A stretch of 64,000 nt of DNA from Gammaproteobacteria bacterium (GTDB taxonomy: Bacteria; Pseudomonadota; Gammaproteobacteria; Eutrophobiales; Eutrophobiaceae). The DNA lies in assembly GCA_965243205.1 (NCBI GenBank), contig CBDEUK010000002.1:1440001-1504000 (forward strand). The letters are read 5' to 3'. The notes beneath the pieces were generated by a model that saw only the letters and a program-made list of their open reading frames with translations, did not search any database and was not told the DNA's origin. The position numbers and the translations under genes are program-made. How positions within the stretch are numbered: the stretch's first letter is position 1; each line of letters opens with the position of its first letter. Below, in pieces: positions 1-11,297 of the stretch.

Positions 1-1
1 C

Positions 2-316
2 GATATACACGGTCACAGACCTTTAATGCATTACCCTATTTACAGTACTGCTAAGGCTGGGTTGGTCATGCTAACCAAAGCTATGGCAAAAGAACTAGCA
101 CCTGAAATACGTGTTAATGCAGTTTCACCTGGTGCTATCGATTGGCCAGAAGCAATGGAATCGAGTACAAAAGATAATATACTTAATAAAATTGCTATGC
201 GTAGAAAAGGCTCAACTGAAGACATTACCGATGCAGTCATGTATTTAATTAACGATGCTAAATATATGACAGGCCAAATATTAACCATAGATGGCGGTCG
301 TAGTTTATTGAGTTAG
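2..316 (+). CDS. folM: Pteridine reductase / FolM-like SDR, 3' part only (runs off window start)
   Basis: SDR YxxxK (YSTAK), 'IRVNAVSPG', C-terminal 'TGQILTIDGG'; near folK/folB. Confidence 0.75.
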   Translation, partial: DIHGHRPLMHYPIYSTAKAGLVMLTKAMAKELAPEIRVNAVSPGAIDWPEAMESSTKDNILNKIAMRRKGSTEDITDAVMYLINDAKYMTGQILTIDGGRSLLS

Positions 317-327
317 TTAAATGCTGA

Positions 328-747
328 CTACTTTCTAAATTCAGGTAACTTAGCATCCAAAAACCAACGTTTCACTTCCTCTTCATACCACCAATGTTGA
401 ACATGTTTGATGGTATTCACTGTTGCATAATCTTCATCATAGTAACTAAATTCAGCAATCACATCGGCTTCTTTTAATTCTTCATTAATTTCACCATCTT
501 CCACAACATTAAAAGCAGTTACTTGAATACCTTTATAGTCATTTAAATTTAACTTAGGTTTATTACCATCTTTGTCCAAATGAAAGTCATACATATTTTT
601 GTAGCGTGCCCAGCGTACTGCTTGGCCATATTGTTTTATTGCTGTTTGCAATGTACTGACCTTTTCTCTTTTTTGAACTCCCGAACATGCTGTACTCAAA
701 ATGCAAGGGATTAACATGATCAATATTAAACGCACGCAAAATTTCAT
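328..747 (-). CDS. Hypothetical lipoprotein
   Basis: Hydrophobic N-terminus with lipobox-like LSTAC; 139 aa, co-directional with folB-folK. Confidence 0.65.
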   Translation of the reverse strand: MKFCVRLILIMLIPCILSTACSGVQKREKVSTLQTAIKQYGQAVRWARYKNMYDFHLDKDGNKPKLNLNDYKGIQVTAFNVVEDGEINEELKEADVIAEFSYYDEDYATVNTIKHVQHWWYEEEVKRWFLDAKLPEFRK

Positions 748-775
748 AACATTCTCCAGAGTATAAATCTTTAAA

Positions 776-1678
776 TTAATCGTATTCTTTAAAAATATAT
801 TCTTCGCCGGTCAATGACTCATAAACCCAAGCGGCGTATTTCATATTGCCTTCTAACGTTAGGTGCATTTTGTCGAACGATACGAAGTAATCGAGATTGA
901 TTTGGCGTTCTCGAATAATTTCATATAAGTCTATATATGGCGCACCTAATTTAACCGCAACGTAACGAATCGTATCATTATATGGAATAAAGTTATCATA
1001 ATACGACTTACGGTTACCTTGCTTGCCACGTACATCACCAATGGCATGATTTACAATATAAATACAAGTCCCATGTTTTTTAAATATTGCTCTATAGAAC
1101 TCGCGTAAATTCTTTTTAAACTCATAAATACTCACCCGGGAGTATTTAGCCCAATCAAATACATTGGCATCATTCAAGCCAAACTGGATTAATACAATAC
1201 CAGGCAATAAAGGTATGACATCTTTTTTAAAACGATCAAGCGCATTAGCAGTCGTATCATTGCCAACACCTTTGTTATGTACTTTAAATTTACCTGGTTC
1301 ATATTCATCGAGCATTTCTTGCAACATTGAAGGCCAACGTAATTCTTCAGGAAACTCTGCACCTTCAGTTATTGAATCACCAAAACAAATGATATTAAAT
1401 TTTTCATTTGCTTCTAGTTCAGAAGTGTTATCAATAATATTATCGACAACTTGAATGGAATGACTTTCTTTATCGCTCTCTACAGCTGTACTAGATGTTT
1501 TTTTTGTAGTATGGCTCGATGTCTTCTTTTTAGCACGACTAGTCGTTTTCTTAGCCGTTTTTTTTGAAGTTTTTTTAGCTAGCTTTTTAGTGGTTTTCTT
1601 TTTAGCTCGCTTCTTTTTTGTTTTTTTCTTGGTGACCTTTCTCTCAGGTTCACTTTCATTTACTGGATCATCATCCAT
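776..1678 (-). CDS. SGNH/GDSL hydrolase with Lys-rich histone-like N-terminal extension
   Basis: Blocks FGDSIT, NKGVG, QFGLND and DxxH (DKMH); residues about 13-60 are KKT/KKA repeats. Confidence 0.8.
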   Translation of the reverse strand: MDDDPVNESEPERKVTKKKTKKKRAKKKTTKKLAKKTSKKTAKKTTSRAKKKTSSHTTKKTSSTAVESDKESHSIQVVDNIIDNTSELEANEKFNIICFGDSITEGAEFPEELRWPSMLQEMLDEYEPGKFKVHNKGVGNDTTANALDRFKKDVIPLLPGIVLIQFGLNDANVFDWAKYSRVSIYEFKKNLREFYRAIFKKHGTCIYIVNHAIGDVRGKQGNRKSYYDNFIPYNDTIRYVAVKLGAPYIDLYEIIRERQINLDYFVSFDKMHLTLEGNMKYAAWVYESLTGEEYIFKEYD

Positions 1679-2189
1679 TGTGTTTCTCTAATCGTTTATA
1701 ATCCCATACAAAATCAATCTTCCAAAGATCATTTACAGGTTTATCATAATCATGCCAAAGTTGTTTATAACTTTTTTGCTCTATTGGATGAATCAGATCT
1801 GGCGCTAATTCTGCCATTGGAAACAACACAAACGAATACTTAAGCAAATCATTACGTGGTAATTGTAATTCCGAACTATCACTAACTAAATCATCATACA
1901 GCAACAAATCGATATCTAAACTTCTTGAGGCATATTGTTTGGTTTTTTGTTCTCTGCCAAATTCGATTTCAATCTGTTTTAAGTGTTTATTAACTTCTTG
2001 CACGGATAATTCTGATGAAAAACCTGCAACTAAATTATAAAAATTTTCACCATCGAACCCATACGGTATGGTTTCATAAACGCTGGATACTGAAAGTTCA
2101 TTAAAAAGTCGATCAAGAGCTGAAACACCGTCATTAATATTTCTTTCGCGATCAATATTACTACCGATCCCAACGTAAACCGAATGCAT
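1671..2189 (-). CDS. folK: 2-amino-4-hydroxy-6-hydroxymethyldihydropteridine diphosphokinase
   Basis: YVGIGSNI, SSVYET, 'SRSLDIDLLLY'. Confidence 0.95.
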   Translation of the reverse strand: MHSVYVGIGSNIDRERNINDGVSALDRLFNELSVSSVYETIPYGFDGENFYNLVAGFSSELSVQEVNKHLKQIEIEFGREQKTKQYASRSLDIDLLLYDDLVSDSSELQLPRNDLLKYSFVLFPMAELAPDLIHPIEQKSYKQLWHDYDKPVNDLWKIDFVWDYKRLEKHNG

Positions 2190-2546
2190 TTAAGGCCTTA
2201 CGCCTCGTTCGATGATCACACCAACATCTCGAACCCCCTGTACGGCTCCTTTTTTATTTAGACGAAGACGTACCCATGGCACATTAAATTCAGTCAGAAT
2301 AATTTCAGCAACGCTTTCGGCCAAGGCTTCTACTAACTCGAACTCACTTTCGCCTACATAAGAAAATAATCGTTTAGCTACAGATTTATAATCCAAAGTA
2401 TCATCAATATTATCGGAATTGGCAGCTTTCTTTATATCTGTTGCCATTTCGATATCAAAAATAATAGTCTGGCGCATACGGCGTTCCCATTCGTAAACAC
2501 CTATCACCGTATCGATTCTTAAATCGTTTAAATAAATAATATCCAT
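2190..2546 (-). CDS. folB: Dihydroneopterin aldolase
   Basis: 'IGVYEWER', 'LDYK', 'LVEALAE', 'VGVIIER'; ATG at 2546. Confidence 0.95.
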   Translation of the reverse strand: MDIIYLNDLRIDTVIGVYEWERRMRQTIIFDIEMATDIKKAANSDNIDDTLDYKSVAKRLFSYVGESEFELVEALAESVAEIILTEFNVPWVRLRLNKKGAVQGVRDVGVIIERGVRP

Positions 2547-2656
2547 CAAATATCTGTTTCAGTAATTTTTATAATCTGCCATTATAATCACTTGTTGATA
2601 CGCAGACCATGTCCGTTTTTATATTCAAAAGATCTTAAACATACTCATCAAACAAC

Positions 2657-3262
2657 ATGTTGATATATAGCTTCATTATTCTTGGTTATTTATTTGGTTC
2701 AGTCGCCTCAGCCATAATTGTCTGTAAAAGCTTAGGTTTAAGTGATCCAAGAAGCGGCGGTTCCAATAACCCTGGCGCCACCAATGTATTAAGACTACAT
2801 GGCAAACAAGCTGCGGCTCTTACCTTAGCAGGTGATGTACTAAAAGGCGTATTTCCAGTTTTAATCGCTCATCAATTTACCGATTCACATCTAATCATAG
2901 GTCTCACAGGTTTAGCAGCGTTTCTAGGACACTTATATCCTATCTTTTTCGGTTTTAAAGGCGGCAAAGGCGTTGCAACGTTTATCGGGGTCTTATTTGC
3001 GACGCATTGGGTGTTAGGACTGGGATTTGTTGTGATTTGGTTATTAATGGCAATGTTATTTCGATATTCCTCTCTTTCTGCTTTAACCGCTGCTACGGCA
3101 ATGCCATTCATGAGTTTTTACTTTTTAGGCTCTAAGGAATTAATCATCATCACATCGATTATGGCAGTATTATTATTTTGGCGACATCAAAGCAATATTC
3201 GTAATTTGTTATCTGGAAAAGAAAGTAAAATCGGTAAGAAAGAATCTGATGAAACTAATTAA
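2657..3262 (+). CDS. plsY: Glycerol-3-phosphate acyltransferase
   Basis: [26 protein letters not shown], RHxxNI; folB-plsY-tsaD synteny. Confidence 0.95.
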   Translation: MLIYSFIILGYLFGSVASAIIVCKSLGLSDPRSGGSNNPGATNVLRLHGKQAAALTLAGDVLKGVFPVLIAHQFTDSHLIIGLTGLAAFLGHLYPIFFGFKGGKGVATFIGVLFATHWVLGLGFVVIWLLMAMLFRYSSLSALTAATAMPFMSFYFLGSKELIIITSIMAVLLFWRHQSNIRNLLSGKESKIGKKESDETN

Positions 3263-4269
3263 CCAGTAACATCGGTCAATGGCCAACGCGCTCTAGCCTG
3301 AAATCCTAAACCTTGAGCTTCACCACCTAATAATTTCTGTGCTCCCGCATAGGCAATCATTGCCCCATTATCCGTACAAAACTCTGGCTTTGGAAAGTTA
3401 ATAGCCACTTTTTGTTTTTCACCTAACTGATACAAAGCTTCGCGTAATTGTTTATTGGCACTGACGCCACCAGCAACAATTAAACGTTGCATCCCTGTTT
3501 GCTCTAATGCTCTCCGACATTTGATAACTAACGTATCAACTACTGACTCAACAAAACCACGAGCAATATCGGCTCGGGTTTGTTCATCATCCGATTCTTT
3601 ATTAACCAGATTCATGGTAAAAGTTTTTAAACCACTGAAACTGAAATCCAAGCCTGGCCTATCGGTCATCGGCCTAGGAAATTGATATCGTTTTGGATCA
3701 CCATCATCCGCTAACTTCGAAATGGCAGGACCTCCTGGATAACCTAAGCCCATGAGCTTGGCAGTTTTATCAAAAGCTTCACCTGCTGCATCATCCAATG
3801 TTTCTCCGAGTAATTCATAATCTCCCAATGCATTCACTTGCATCAACTGCGTATGTCCTCCAGAAACCAATAACGCTAAAAAAGGAAAATCAATTGATTC
3901 ATCTTCTAATAGAGGTGCTAATAAATGTGCCTCCATATGATGAACTGCTACCGCCGGCACACCTAAGCCATAGGCCAAACTACGACCAGTTGCTGTACCT
4001 ACCAATAGAGCACCGATCAAACCCGGCCCTGCCGTATAAGCGACTGCATCGATATCTTCTTTGGCTAACTGCGTTTTTTTCAATAATTCATCGATTAACG
4101 GCAAAATACGCACAATGTGATCCCTCGAAGCAAGCTCAGGCACCACGCCGCCATATTGCTTGTGAAGGTCAATTTGACTAAACAAAGTATGCCCAAGCAG
4201 GCCTTTTTCGGTGTCATAAAGACCGATTCCGGTCTCATCACAAGATGTTTCTATACCTAATACACGCAT
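3259..4269 (-). CDS. tsaD: tRNA N6-threonylcarbamoyltransferase
   Basis: [40 protein letters not shown]. Confidence 0.97.
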   Translation of the reverse strand: MRVLGIETSCDETGIGLYDTEKGLLGHTLFSQIDLHKQYGGVVPELASRDHIVRILPLIDELLKKTQLAKEDIDAVAYTAGPGLIGALLVGTATGRSLAYGLGVPAVAVHHMEAHLLAPLLEDESIDFPFLALLVSGGHTQLMQVNALGDYELLGETLDDAAGEAFDKTAKLMGLGYPGGPAISKLADDGDPKRYQFPRPMTDRPGLDFSFSGLKTFTMNLVNKESDDEQTRADIARGFVESVVDTLVIKCRRALEQTGMQRLIVAGGVSANKQLREALYQLGEKQKVAINFPKPEFCTDNGAMIAYAGAQKLLGGEAQGLGFQARARWPLTDVTG

Positions 4270-4381
4270 TTTTGAGATTTTTTATAAAAATATGGGTTTG
4301 ATCGTTGCAATTCTGGATTCATTCACTAGAATTAGCCACCTTTTTACGATACCAGTAACATTTTTAGGAACTTACAACTAT

Positions 4382-4597
4382 ATGCCTTCTGTAAAAGTCA
4401 GAGAAAACGAGCCCTTCGATATCGCATTACGTCGTTTCAAACGTTCATGTGAAAAAGCTGGGATCTTGGCAGAAGTCCATCGCCGTGAATTCTACGAAAA
4501 ACCAACTCAAGTACGCAAACGCAAAGCTGCTGCTGCCGTGAAACGTCATCAGAAAAAAGTTGGTCGCGATCGATTACGTCCAAGCCGAGCCCACTAA
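4382..4597 (+). CDS. rpsU: 30S ribosomal protein S21
   Basis: [27 protein letters not shown]; true start is ATG 4382, not 4292. Confidence 0.97.
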   Translation: MPSVKVRENEPFDIALRRFKRSCEKAGILAEVHRREFYEKPTQVRKRKAAAAVKRHQKKVGRDRLRPSRAH

Positions 4598-4620
4598 GCT
4601 TAACCTCCATTCATTAGCTT

Positions 4621-5067
4621 ATGTCAAACCTTCAAGAACAGATCAAAGATGCTGTTAAAAACGCTATGCGCGAAAAAAATAAAGAGCGCTTGGGGGCTTT
4701 ACGTCTGATTACAGCTGCTTTTAAGCAAAAAGAAGTGGATGAACGCATTGAGATTACCGATGATATTGCTCTAGCCATTCTCGATAAAATGTCTAAGCAA
4801 TTACGTGACTCTATCAAACAATACCAAGAAGCTGGCCGAGACGAACTAGCAGAAAAAGAACAATACGAATTAGGCATAGTTTCTGAATTTCTACCTGCTC
4901 AATTAACCGACGATGAAATTACTCAATTAATCAGCGAAGCCATCGCTGCTACAGGTGCAAGCTCAATGCAGGATATGGGTAAACTCATGGGTGTTTTAAA
5001 GCCCAAGTTACAAGGTCGAGCTGATATGGGTAAGGTTAGCGGGCTAGTAAAATCTCAGCTTTCCTGA
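4621..5067 (+). CDS. GatB/YqeY domain protein
   Basis: 'KQKEVDERI', 'AGRDELAEKE', 'DMGKLMG...GRADMG'; between rpsU and dnaG. Confidence 0.9.
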   Translation: MSNLQEQIKDAVKNAMREKNKERLGALRLITAAFKQKEVDERIEITDDIALAILDKMSKQLRDSIKQYQEAGRDELAEKEQYELGIVSEFLPAQLTDDEITQLISEAIAATGASSMQDMGKLMGVLKPKLQGRADMGKVSGLVKSQLS

Positions 5068-5161
5068 TTTATTTCGTTAGTAACCAATTACTTTCTATAT
5101 ATTTTTCCTTATAAAAATAAGTCTCTGATTCTCAGCTTTAGCTTTCTGTATACTTAAGCCC

Positions 5162-6886
5162 ATGGCTGGCCGAATTCCACAATCGTTTATTGATGAACTC
5201 TTATCTCGGATCGATATTGTCGATGTGATTGATGGTTACGTGCCTTTGAAAAAGGCTGGCAAAAATCATCAAGCCTGCTGCCCATTTCATAATGAAAAAA
5301 CACCTTCATTTACCGTCAGCCAAGAAAAACAGTTTTACCATTGTTTTGGCTGTGGTGCGAACGGCACCGCCATCAGCTTTTTAATGGAATATTCGGGCAT
5401 GAGTTTTCCAGAAGCCGTAGAAGAGCTTGCACACCGTTGTGGTTTGCCGATTCCTAAAGAAGCCGCTCATATCGAAATCGATAAAGACCGTGCTGAACTG
5501 TATGAATTAATGGAAATGATTACACGATTTTATAGCAAACAATTAAAAGAACATTCTGAATCAGCTACAGCCATTGAGTATTTAAAAAACCGAGGCTTAA
5601 CCGGCGAGATCGCCAAACAATTTGAAATCGGCTTTGCACCACCTGGTTGGGATAACTTACTTAATAATTTCGGCCAATCAAATGAAGCAAAAGCACGACT
5701 TGAAAAAATTGGTATGACAATTAAGAAAGATAACGGTGGTTTTTATGACCGTTTTCGCAATCGTATTGTGTTCCCGATTCGAGATGTAAGAAATCGTGTC
5801 ATTGGTTTTGGTGGTCGCGTATTAAGCAAAGACGATACTCCCAAGTACCTTAACTCACCGGAAACTATTTTATTCCATAAAGGCTACGAATTATATGGGC
5901 TTTATCAAGCTCGCAAGGCAGCTGGGCAAAAAGTCTATATCGTCGAGGGTTATATGGACGTGGTGTCTCTCGCACAGTTTGGCGTTAACAATGCAGTAGC
6001 GACTCTTGGTACTGCTGCCACAGCAGAGCAAATAGAAAAACTGTTTAAAAAATTTCCACAAATCGTTTTTTGTTTTGACGGCGACAAGGCAGGAATTAAA
6101 GCCGCATGGCGCGCCCTGGAAACTACCTTGCCTTTATTGAAAGACGGTCGTCAATGTCATTTCTTATTTATTCCTGAAGGCGAAGACCCTGATAGTTTCG
6201 TCAGACAACATGGTAAGGAAGGTTTCGAAAGACCTGAGCTCTTAATGCCTTTGTCCGACTATCTTTTTCAACAATTGGAGCAAGACTTAGATTTAAGTAC
6301 CGCTGAAGGACGTGCTAGTTATGTCGAAAAAGCCAAACCGTTTGTGCAAAAACTTCAGACATCCGCATTTCGCGAACTCATTGTTGCAGAAATTTCAAAA
6401 CGATCAGGAGTGAATTTCAATCAATTTGAACCACAAGCTTCATCAAAACCACGAACTCAAACAACCACTACTAGACCACGAGTAAAAAATCCAAAGCTAC
6501 ACACTATGACACCTGTCCGTCGTGCGATACGTATGTTGTTGAATCACCCTGAGATCGCGAAACAGACAGAATCCTTGAATGAATTAAGTCACTTAAAAGA
6601 ACATGGTATTCCATTTCTACTCGAGCTTATTCAATACATTCAAAATCGCGAATCCACGACAATTGCTAATATCATGGAGCATTGGCGCGATACTCCTACC
6701 GAAAAAGCCTTAATGGATTTAGCACGCTCTGAAGAATTACTCAACGAACCTGACGAACTTATTATTGAATTTAATGGCTTGCTCAAAAAAATGATTTTGG
6801 ATGCAAAAAAACAGGAACGCCAGTGGCAAAGCCAGGGTCTAAAAAACCTAGATGACCTTAAAAAACTTCAAGAAAGCAACAAATAA
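5162..6886 (+). CDS. dnaG: DNA primase
   Basis: CHC2 zinc finger (CPFH...CFGC), KYLNSPET, TOPRIM VEGYMD/FDGD. Confidence 0.97.
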   Translation: MAGRIPQSFIDELLSRIDIVDVIDGYVPLKKAGKNHQACCPFHNEKTPSFTVSQEKQFYHCFGCGANGTAISFLMEYSGMSFPEAVEELAHRCGLPIPKEAAHIEIDKDRAELYELMEMITRFYSKQLKEHSESATAIEYLKNRGLTGEIAKQFEIGFAPPGWDNLLNNFGQSNEAKARLEKIGMTIKKDNGGFYDRFRNRIVFPIRDVRNRVIGFGGRVLSKDDTPKYLNSPETILFHKGYELYGLYQARKAAGQKVYIVEGYMDVVSLAQFGVNNAVATLGTAATAEQIEKLFKKFPQIVFCFDGDKAGIKAAWRALETTLPLLKDGRQCHFLFIPEGEDPDSFVRQHGKEGFERPELLMPLSDYLFQQLEQDLDLSTAEGRASYVEKAKPFVQKLQTSAFRELIVAEISKRSGVNFNQFEPQASSKPRTQTTTTRPRVKNPKLHTMTPVRRAIRMLLNHPEIAKQTESLNELSHLKEHGIPFLLELIQYIQNRESTTIANIMEHWRDTPTEKALMDLARSEELLNEPDELIIEFNGLLKKMILDAKKQERQWQSQGLKNLDDLKKLQESNK

Positions 6887-7085
6887 CATTGTAATAAAAT
6901 ATGAATTTCTCATAGCGGGAACAATGTTCACATGCTATAATTGACTGTTTAACTTTGGCCAAAATTAGATCAACGAAATCAAGTAGTTACAAATCCAAGT
7001 CCAAAGTTCTCGACTATAATAATTAGAACACCAACGCTCGAAATTAAGTTTAACTACAAACAATTTTTCACACTGATAGATACAT

Positions 7086-8933
7086 ATGGAACAAACTGAA
7101 CAACAAACACCTAAAGTTGATGACCAGTCTCAGCTCAAGCTGCTTATCACCAAAGGAAAAGAACAAGGCTTTCTGACCTACCATGAAGTCAACGATCATC
7201 TGCCCGATGACATCGTTGATCCTGAGCAAATCGAAGACATCATAAACATGATTAATGACATGGGTATTGCCGTGCATGAGTCTCCGCCTGAAACGGATGT
7301 CATCATGACCGACAGTACCGATGCGCCTGATGAAGATGCTGCAGCAGAAGCAGCAGCGGCACTTGCCAACGTTGAAAATGAATTTGGTCGTACTACTGAT
7401 CCAGTTCGCATGTACATGCGAGAAATGGGTACCGTTGATTTATTAACTCGCGAAGGCGAGATCAAAATTGCTAAACGTATTGAAGAAGGACTAAACCAAG
7501 TCCTGGCTGCCCTTGCTTGTTACCCTGGCACTATCAACTTCTTGATGCAAGCACATGAACAAGTCGAGCAAGAACAATTAAAACTCAGCGATATCGTTAT
7601 TGGCATCAATGACTATGAAGAAGAATATCCTGATGAAGGTATGCCACCACCAGAACAAGTAACTGCTAATAATTCAGAATCCGGTGATGACGATGATGAT
7701 TCTGATGAAGAGCCAGAAAACACACTGGATCCCGAAGAAGTCCGTACCCGAATCAATGATATCTCTAAGCTATTTGCAAAGGTTCAAAAGAACGCTAAAA
7801 AATACGGTCGTAGTGACAGCAAAACTGAAAAAGCCCAACAAGAATTAAGCGATAAATTTTTAGAGCTTCGTTTATCGCCTAAATTGATCGAACAATTAAC
7901 AGAAAATGCTCGGTTCATCATTGAATCAATTCGTCATGCTGAAAAAACCATTATGGGTTTATGCGTGAAACAATCAAAAATGCCTCGTAAAGAATTTATT
8001 CAATCTTTTCCTAGTAACGAGACCAACACGAATTGGATTCAAGAAACTATCAAAGATAGTCCCACATACAAAGATGCATTGTTAGAAGTTGAACCTGAAG
8101 TGACAAAGATTCAGGAAAAACTAGCGACCTTATTCGAAGACAGTAATTTGGAGCTGACTGAATTCAAAGAGATCAATCGTCGAGTATCAATTGGTGAAGC
8201 GAAAGCTCGCCGCGCTAAGAAAGAAATGGTTGAAGCTAACCTGCGTTTAGTTATTTCGATTGCGAAGAAATATACCAACCGTGGTTTGTTATTCTTGGAT
8301 CTAATCCAAGAAGGCAACATCGGTTTGATGAAAGCCGTGGATAAATTCGAATACCGTCGTGGTTATAAATTTTCGACCTATGCAACTTGGTGGATTCGCC
8401 AAGCTATCACGCGTTCGATCGCAGACCAAGCTCGTACCATACGTATTCCAGTACATATGATCGAAACGATTAACAAGTTAAATCGTATCTCGCGTCAAAT
8501 CCTACAAGAGATGGGGCGCGAACCAACGCCAGAAGAATTGGCTGAAAAAATGGAAATGCCGGAAGATAAAATCCGCAAAGTCTTAAAAATTGCCAAAGAA
8601 CCAATCTCTATGGAAACACCTATCGGTGATGATGAAGATTCGCACTTAGGTGATTTTATCGAAGACCAAAACATTGAAGCACCTGTAGATTTTGCTGGGT
8701 TTGAAGGCTTACGACGTTCTACACGCGATGCATTAGAAGGCTTAACACCGCGTGAAGCAAAGGTTCTTAGAATGCGTTTTGGAATTGATATGAACACTGA
8801 CCATACTTTGGAAGAAGTAGGCAAACAGTTTGACGTAACTCGTGAGCGTATTCGTCAAATTGAGGCTAAGGCATTGCGTAAATTACGCCACCCTTCTCGT
8901 TCCGAACAATTAAAAACGTTCTTAGATCAGTAA
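7086..8933 (+). CDS. rpoD: RNA polymerase sigma-70 factor
   Basis: [58 protein letters not shown]. Confidence 0.98.
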   Translation: MEQTEQQTPKVDDQSQLKLLITKGKEQGFLTYHEVNDHLPDDIVDPEQIEDIINMINDMGIAVHESPPETDVIMTDSTDAPDEDAAAEAAAALANVENEFGRTTDPVRMYMREMGTVDLLTREGEIKIAKRIEEGLNQVLAALACYPGTINFLMQAHEQVEQEQLKLSDIVIGINDYEEEYPDEGMPPPEQVTANNSESGDDDDDSDEEPENTLDPEEVRTRINDISKLFAKVQKNAKKYGRSDSKTEKAQQELSDKFLELRLSPKLIEQLTENARFIIESIRHAEKTIMGLCVKQSKMPRKEFIQSFPSNETNTNWIQETIKDSPTYKDALLEVEPEVTKIQEKLATLFEDSNLELTEFKEINRRVSIGEAKARRAKKEMVEANLRLVISIAKKYTNRGLLFLDLIQEGNIGLMKAVDKFEYRRGYKFSTYATWWIRQAITRSIADQARTIRIPVHMIETINKLNRISRQILQEMGREPTPEELAEKMEMPEDKIRKVLKIAKEPISMETPIGDDEDSHLGDFIEDQNIEAPVDFAGFEGLRRSTRDALEGLTPREAKVLRMRFGIDMNTDHTLEEVGKQFDVTRERIRQIEAKALRKLRHPSRSEQLKTFLDQ

Positions 8934-8940
8934 AAACAAA

Positions 8941-8969
8941 AAACGATGTGGAGCAATTCCACATCGTTT
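8941..8969 (+). terminator. Hairpin after rpoD (probable terminator)
   Basis: 12-bp inverted repeat AAACGATGTGGA-gcaat-TCCACATCGTTT just after the stop codon; short U-tract on +. Confidence 0.7.
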
Positions 8970-9001
8970 GTAATGAATAAAAACACTGTTACAATCCCGC
9001 C
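8968..9001 (+). promoter_or_regulatory. Sigma70 promoter for tRNA-Ile2
   Basis: TTGTAA-16 nt-TACAAT with extended TG and GC-rich discriminator CCCGCC, just upstream of the tRNA. Confidence 0.6.
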
Positions 9002-9014
9002 AGTCTTTACATCA

Positions 9015-9091
9015 GGGCCCTTAGCTCAGTTGGTTAGAGCAGTGGACTCATAATCCATTGGTCGAAGGTTCGAGTCCTTCAGGGCCCACCA
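9015..9091 (+). tRNA. ileX: tRNA-Ile2 (CAT anticodon, lysidine type)
   Basis: 77-nt cloverleaf GGGCCCT...AGGGCCC-A-CCA, anticodon loop CT-CAT-AA, T-loop TTCGAGT; acceptor stem and post-rpoD position fit Ile2 rather than Met. Confidence 0.85.
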
Positions 9092-9427
9092 ATAAAATCA
9101 ATGGTTTAGGCTAAATATCTAACTAACCTTCACTTTATTTTCCCGATCTGCTTACCCTTAACGAGTTTGTGAGCACAAATTTCTATATAAATCACTTGTA
9201 CCTATAGTTCGATCCTCTCTTAAGACTATGTTTATCGCTCATAATCAAGAATAGTTATTTATGTTTTTGATTTGTATAGATTTATCGAGGGAATATATAG
9301 TGAAATACCCTCAAAAATACCCGCTTTTTATTTTTTCAATACAGGATGAATTCTTATTTTAATAGATACGTAATCTCTTTAAGATATAAATTATTCTAAA
9401 AATAAAATATTAATATAAGGAAATGTC

Positions 9428-10057
9428 ATGAAGACACTAGCAGTTATTTTTATTCTCACTTTTTCGTTAATTACCAATTCCTACTCAGCCGTTATCTATG
9501 ATGAATCAATAGATGGAGATCTCCCTATAATAATTGATTTCGATGTCAATAATTCGAATTACTTAGGTGTTCTGGGTGCCGGCCAAAACCAAATAAAAGG
9601 CTCGACTTTCACCCGAGTAAGGCCAAGTATTTTTTCGGATGAAGATCATTTATTTTTCTCAATTTCTGAAGGTTATGAATTCACTTCTATTTCTATTTTA
9701 TATGATGTTACTCGAGATGTTGGTCTTAACACTTCATTCGCACTGCTAAGTCTTGAAAAGGTAAGAGGTAGATTTTTTGACGAGATAGCTATTCTTACTG
9801 GAGAATTAGTGAACAGACCTGATTTGGCAACCCCCAAATCAGAATTTTTTCTTCCTAGCCTAGGCGAAGGAGATTATAGATTAGGCGGTTTTTCAGGTGC
9901 TCATACATTACTCTCGAGTACAGATGCCGTTGTTGTATGGGATTACACAATAACTTTAGATGTTACTGCCCCGGTTCCAATCCCAGCCACATCATGGTTA
10001 TTCATTTCAGGCTTAGGTTTATTAGGCTTTAAAAGAAAACATAACTCATATAGGTGA
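9428..10057 (+). CDS. VPLPA-CTERM (PEP-CTERM class) surface protein 1
   Basis: Signal peptide; C-terminus VPIPATSWLF + TM segment + KRKH; RBS AAGGA. Confidence 0.85.
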   Translation: MKTLAVIFILTFSLITNSYSAVIYDESIDGDLPIIIDFDVNNSNYLGVLGAGQNQIKGSTFTRVRPSIFSDEDHLFFSISEGYEFTSISILYDVTRDVGLNTSFALLSLEKVRGRFFDEIAILTGELVNRPDLATPKSEFFLPSLGEGDYRLGGFSGAHTLLSSTDAVVVWDYTITLDVTAPVPIPATSWLFISGLGLLGFKRKHNSYR

Positions 10058-10102
10058 TTAACTAATCCTTCTCAATAGATAACTCCCTAAAAAAGCGACT
10101 TT

Positions 10103-10582
10103 ATGACAATATACAAACATCTATTCATATACTCATTGTGTATATTTTCAACTACGACTTTTAGTTATTACCCTGACTCAGCTAATCCTGATGAAGCCGT
10201 TGGCCAAATGAAAACTAGAATCATAACAATTGAAACACATAAACAAGAATGTTTAAGGTTTAATCCAGATTTAAAAATTGAAATCGAAGATAAATTTACA
10301 CAATGGGAAGAGATTGAAAAAATATATATTGAAAAAGCAGAATTTTATACGTTCGAACTCAAAAAAAAGAATCCAGAACTGATAAATCAAATTAATAAAA
10401 TTTCTGAAATGATATTGAATCAGACTAAATACACCTTTGATAATGTCGGTGAAGTTGGCGGTGAAAAATTAGTAAATGAGTATTGCTTAAACTTTTTTGA
10501 AGAATTAATTAATGGTAGTTGGAAAAAAAGAACTCCGAACTTATATAAATACTTAGATCAGTTGCCAGAAATATACGATTAA
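10103..10582 (+). CDS. Hypothetical secreted protein
   Basis: Signal-peptide-like N-terminus; two Cys in mature part. Confidence 0.6.
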   Translation: MTIYKHLFIYSLCIFSTTTFSYYPDSANPDEAVGQMKTRIITIETHKQECLRFNPDLKIEIEDKFTQWEEIEKIYIEKAEFYTFELKKKNPELINQINKISEMILNQTKYTFDNVGEVGGEKLVNEYCLNFFEELINGSWKKRTPNLYKYLDQLPEIYD

Positions 10583-10631
10583 AATTACAAATAATAACTT
10601 TATTAAAACTAAAATCATTAGTGACTTAAAA

Positions 10632-11192
10632 ATGAATCTTCTAAAAACCTTATTTATATTATCTTTAATATCACTCTGTTCTTGTGTAGATACTAAAACT
10701 GTTAAAAACTACTCTATTAATGAAGACATAACAATTAATGAAAACGAAGGCTTAATAGTTGTAGAAATTGATTCTAATGATCATCGAACTAGATCACTTA
10801 TCTATCAAAATGAATGGGGTTCAGGAACCAATAACCCATTCGGCGCAGCACTTATATCATTAGAAGGAACTGTTGGTGACGATAGATTTAGGATATTTAA
10901 AGTAAGCCCAATCGAAGGAGGATTAAAGTTACAATTTTTTCTAACTTCAGATGGAGCAACATATTATGCTAAAGAGCAAGAGTATAAATTTGATTTCATG
11001 CCAGGAGAAATCACATATATAGGACATATTCGTATAAGTTGGGATTTTGTTAATCAAACAATTAATACATACGTAACAGATAAAGAAAAAGAAATACTAG
11101 AAGAGATAGAAATCAGATATCCATCCTTATTACGAAAATATAAATTTAATAACATGGTTGATGCTTCCATTAAATCCCTCGAAGATAGGTAA
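10632..11192 (+). CDS. Hypothetical lipoprotein
   Basis: Lipobox-like LCSC; 'PGEITYIGHI'. Confidence 0.65.
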   Translation: MNLLKTLFILSLISLCSCVDTKTVKNYSINEDITINENEGLIVVEIDSNDHRTRSLIYQNEWGSGTNNPFGAALISLEGTVGDDRFRIFKVSPIEGGLKLQFFLTSDGATYYAKEQEYKFDFMPGEITYIGHIRISWDFVNQTINTYVTDKEKEILEEIEIRYPSLLRKYKFNNMVDASIKSLEDR

Positions 11193-11227
11193 CTATCTCT
11201 TATTTATTTTATATATGTGCTCCAACC

Positions 11228-11285
11228 ATATAACAAGTAAATTCATCCGACCGCTGGCTCAGCCGGCTAAATTCAAACGTTAAGG
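11228..11285 (+). mobile_element. attC-like integron recombination site (58 nt, partly degenerate)
   Basis: ATATAAC-AAGTA-AATTCATC-CGACCGCT-ggctc-AGCCG-GCTAAAT-TCAAAC-GTTAAGG: R''...AAC, L''/L', GTT core, spacing like short aadA-type attC. Confidence 0.6.
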
Positions 11286-11297
11286 ATCATAAGACTC

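Noticed and set aside
4292-4381. N-terminal extensions in the ORF track (rpsU; likewise hinT, ybeY, msrA, msrB, tupA and 13761..14408)
   Set aside because: Known protein starts, RBS positions or signal peptides point to downstream ATGs.
8278-8310. RpoD region 2 reads RGLLFLDL rather than RGLQFLDL
   Set aside because: Single substitution within the normal range for primary sigma factors.
7068-8824. Antisense and overlapping short ORFs in rpoD and other core genes across the window
   Set aside because: Shadow frames of conserved coding sequence with no motifs.
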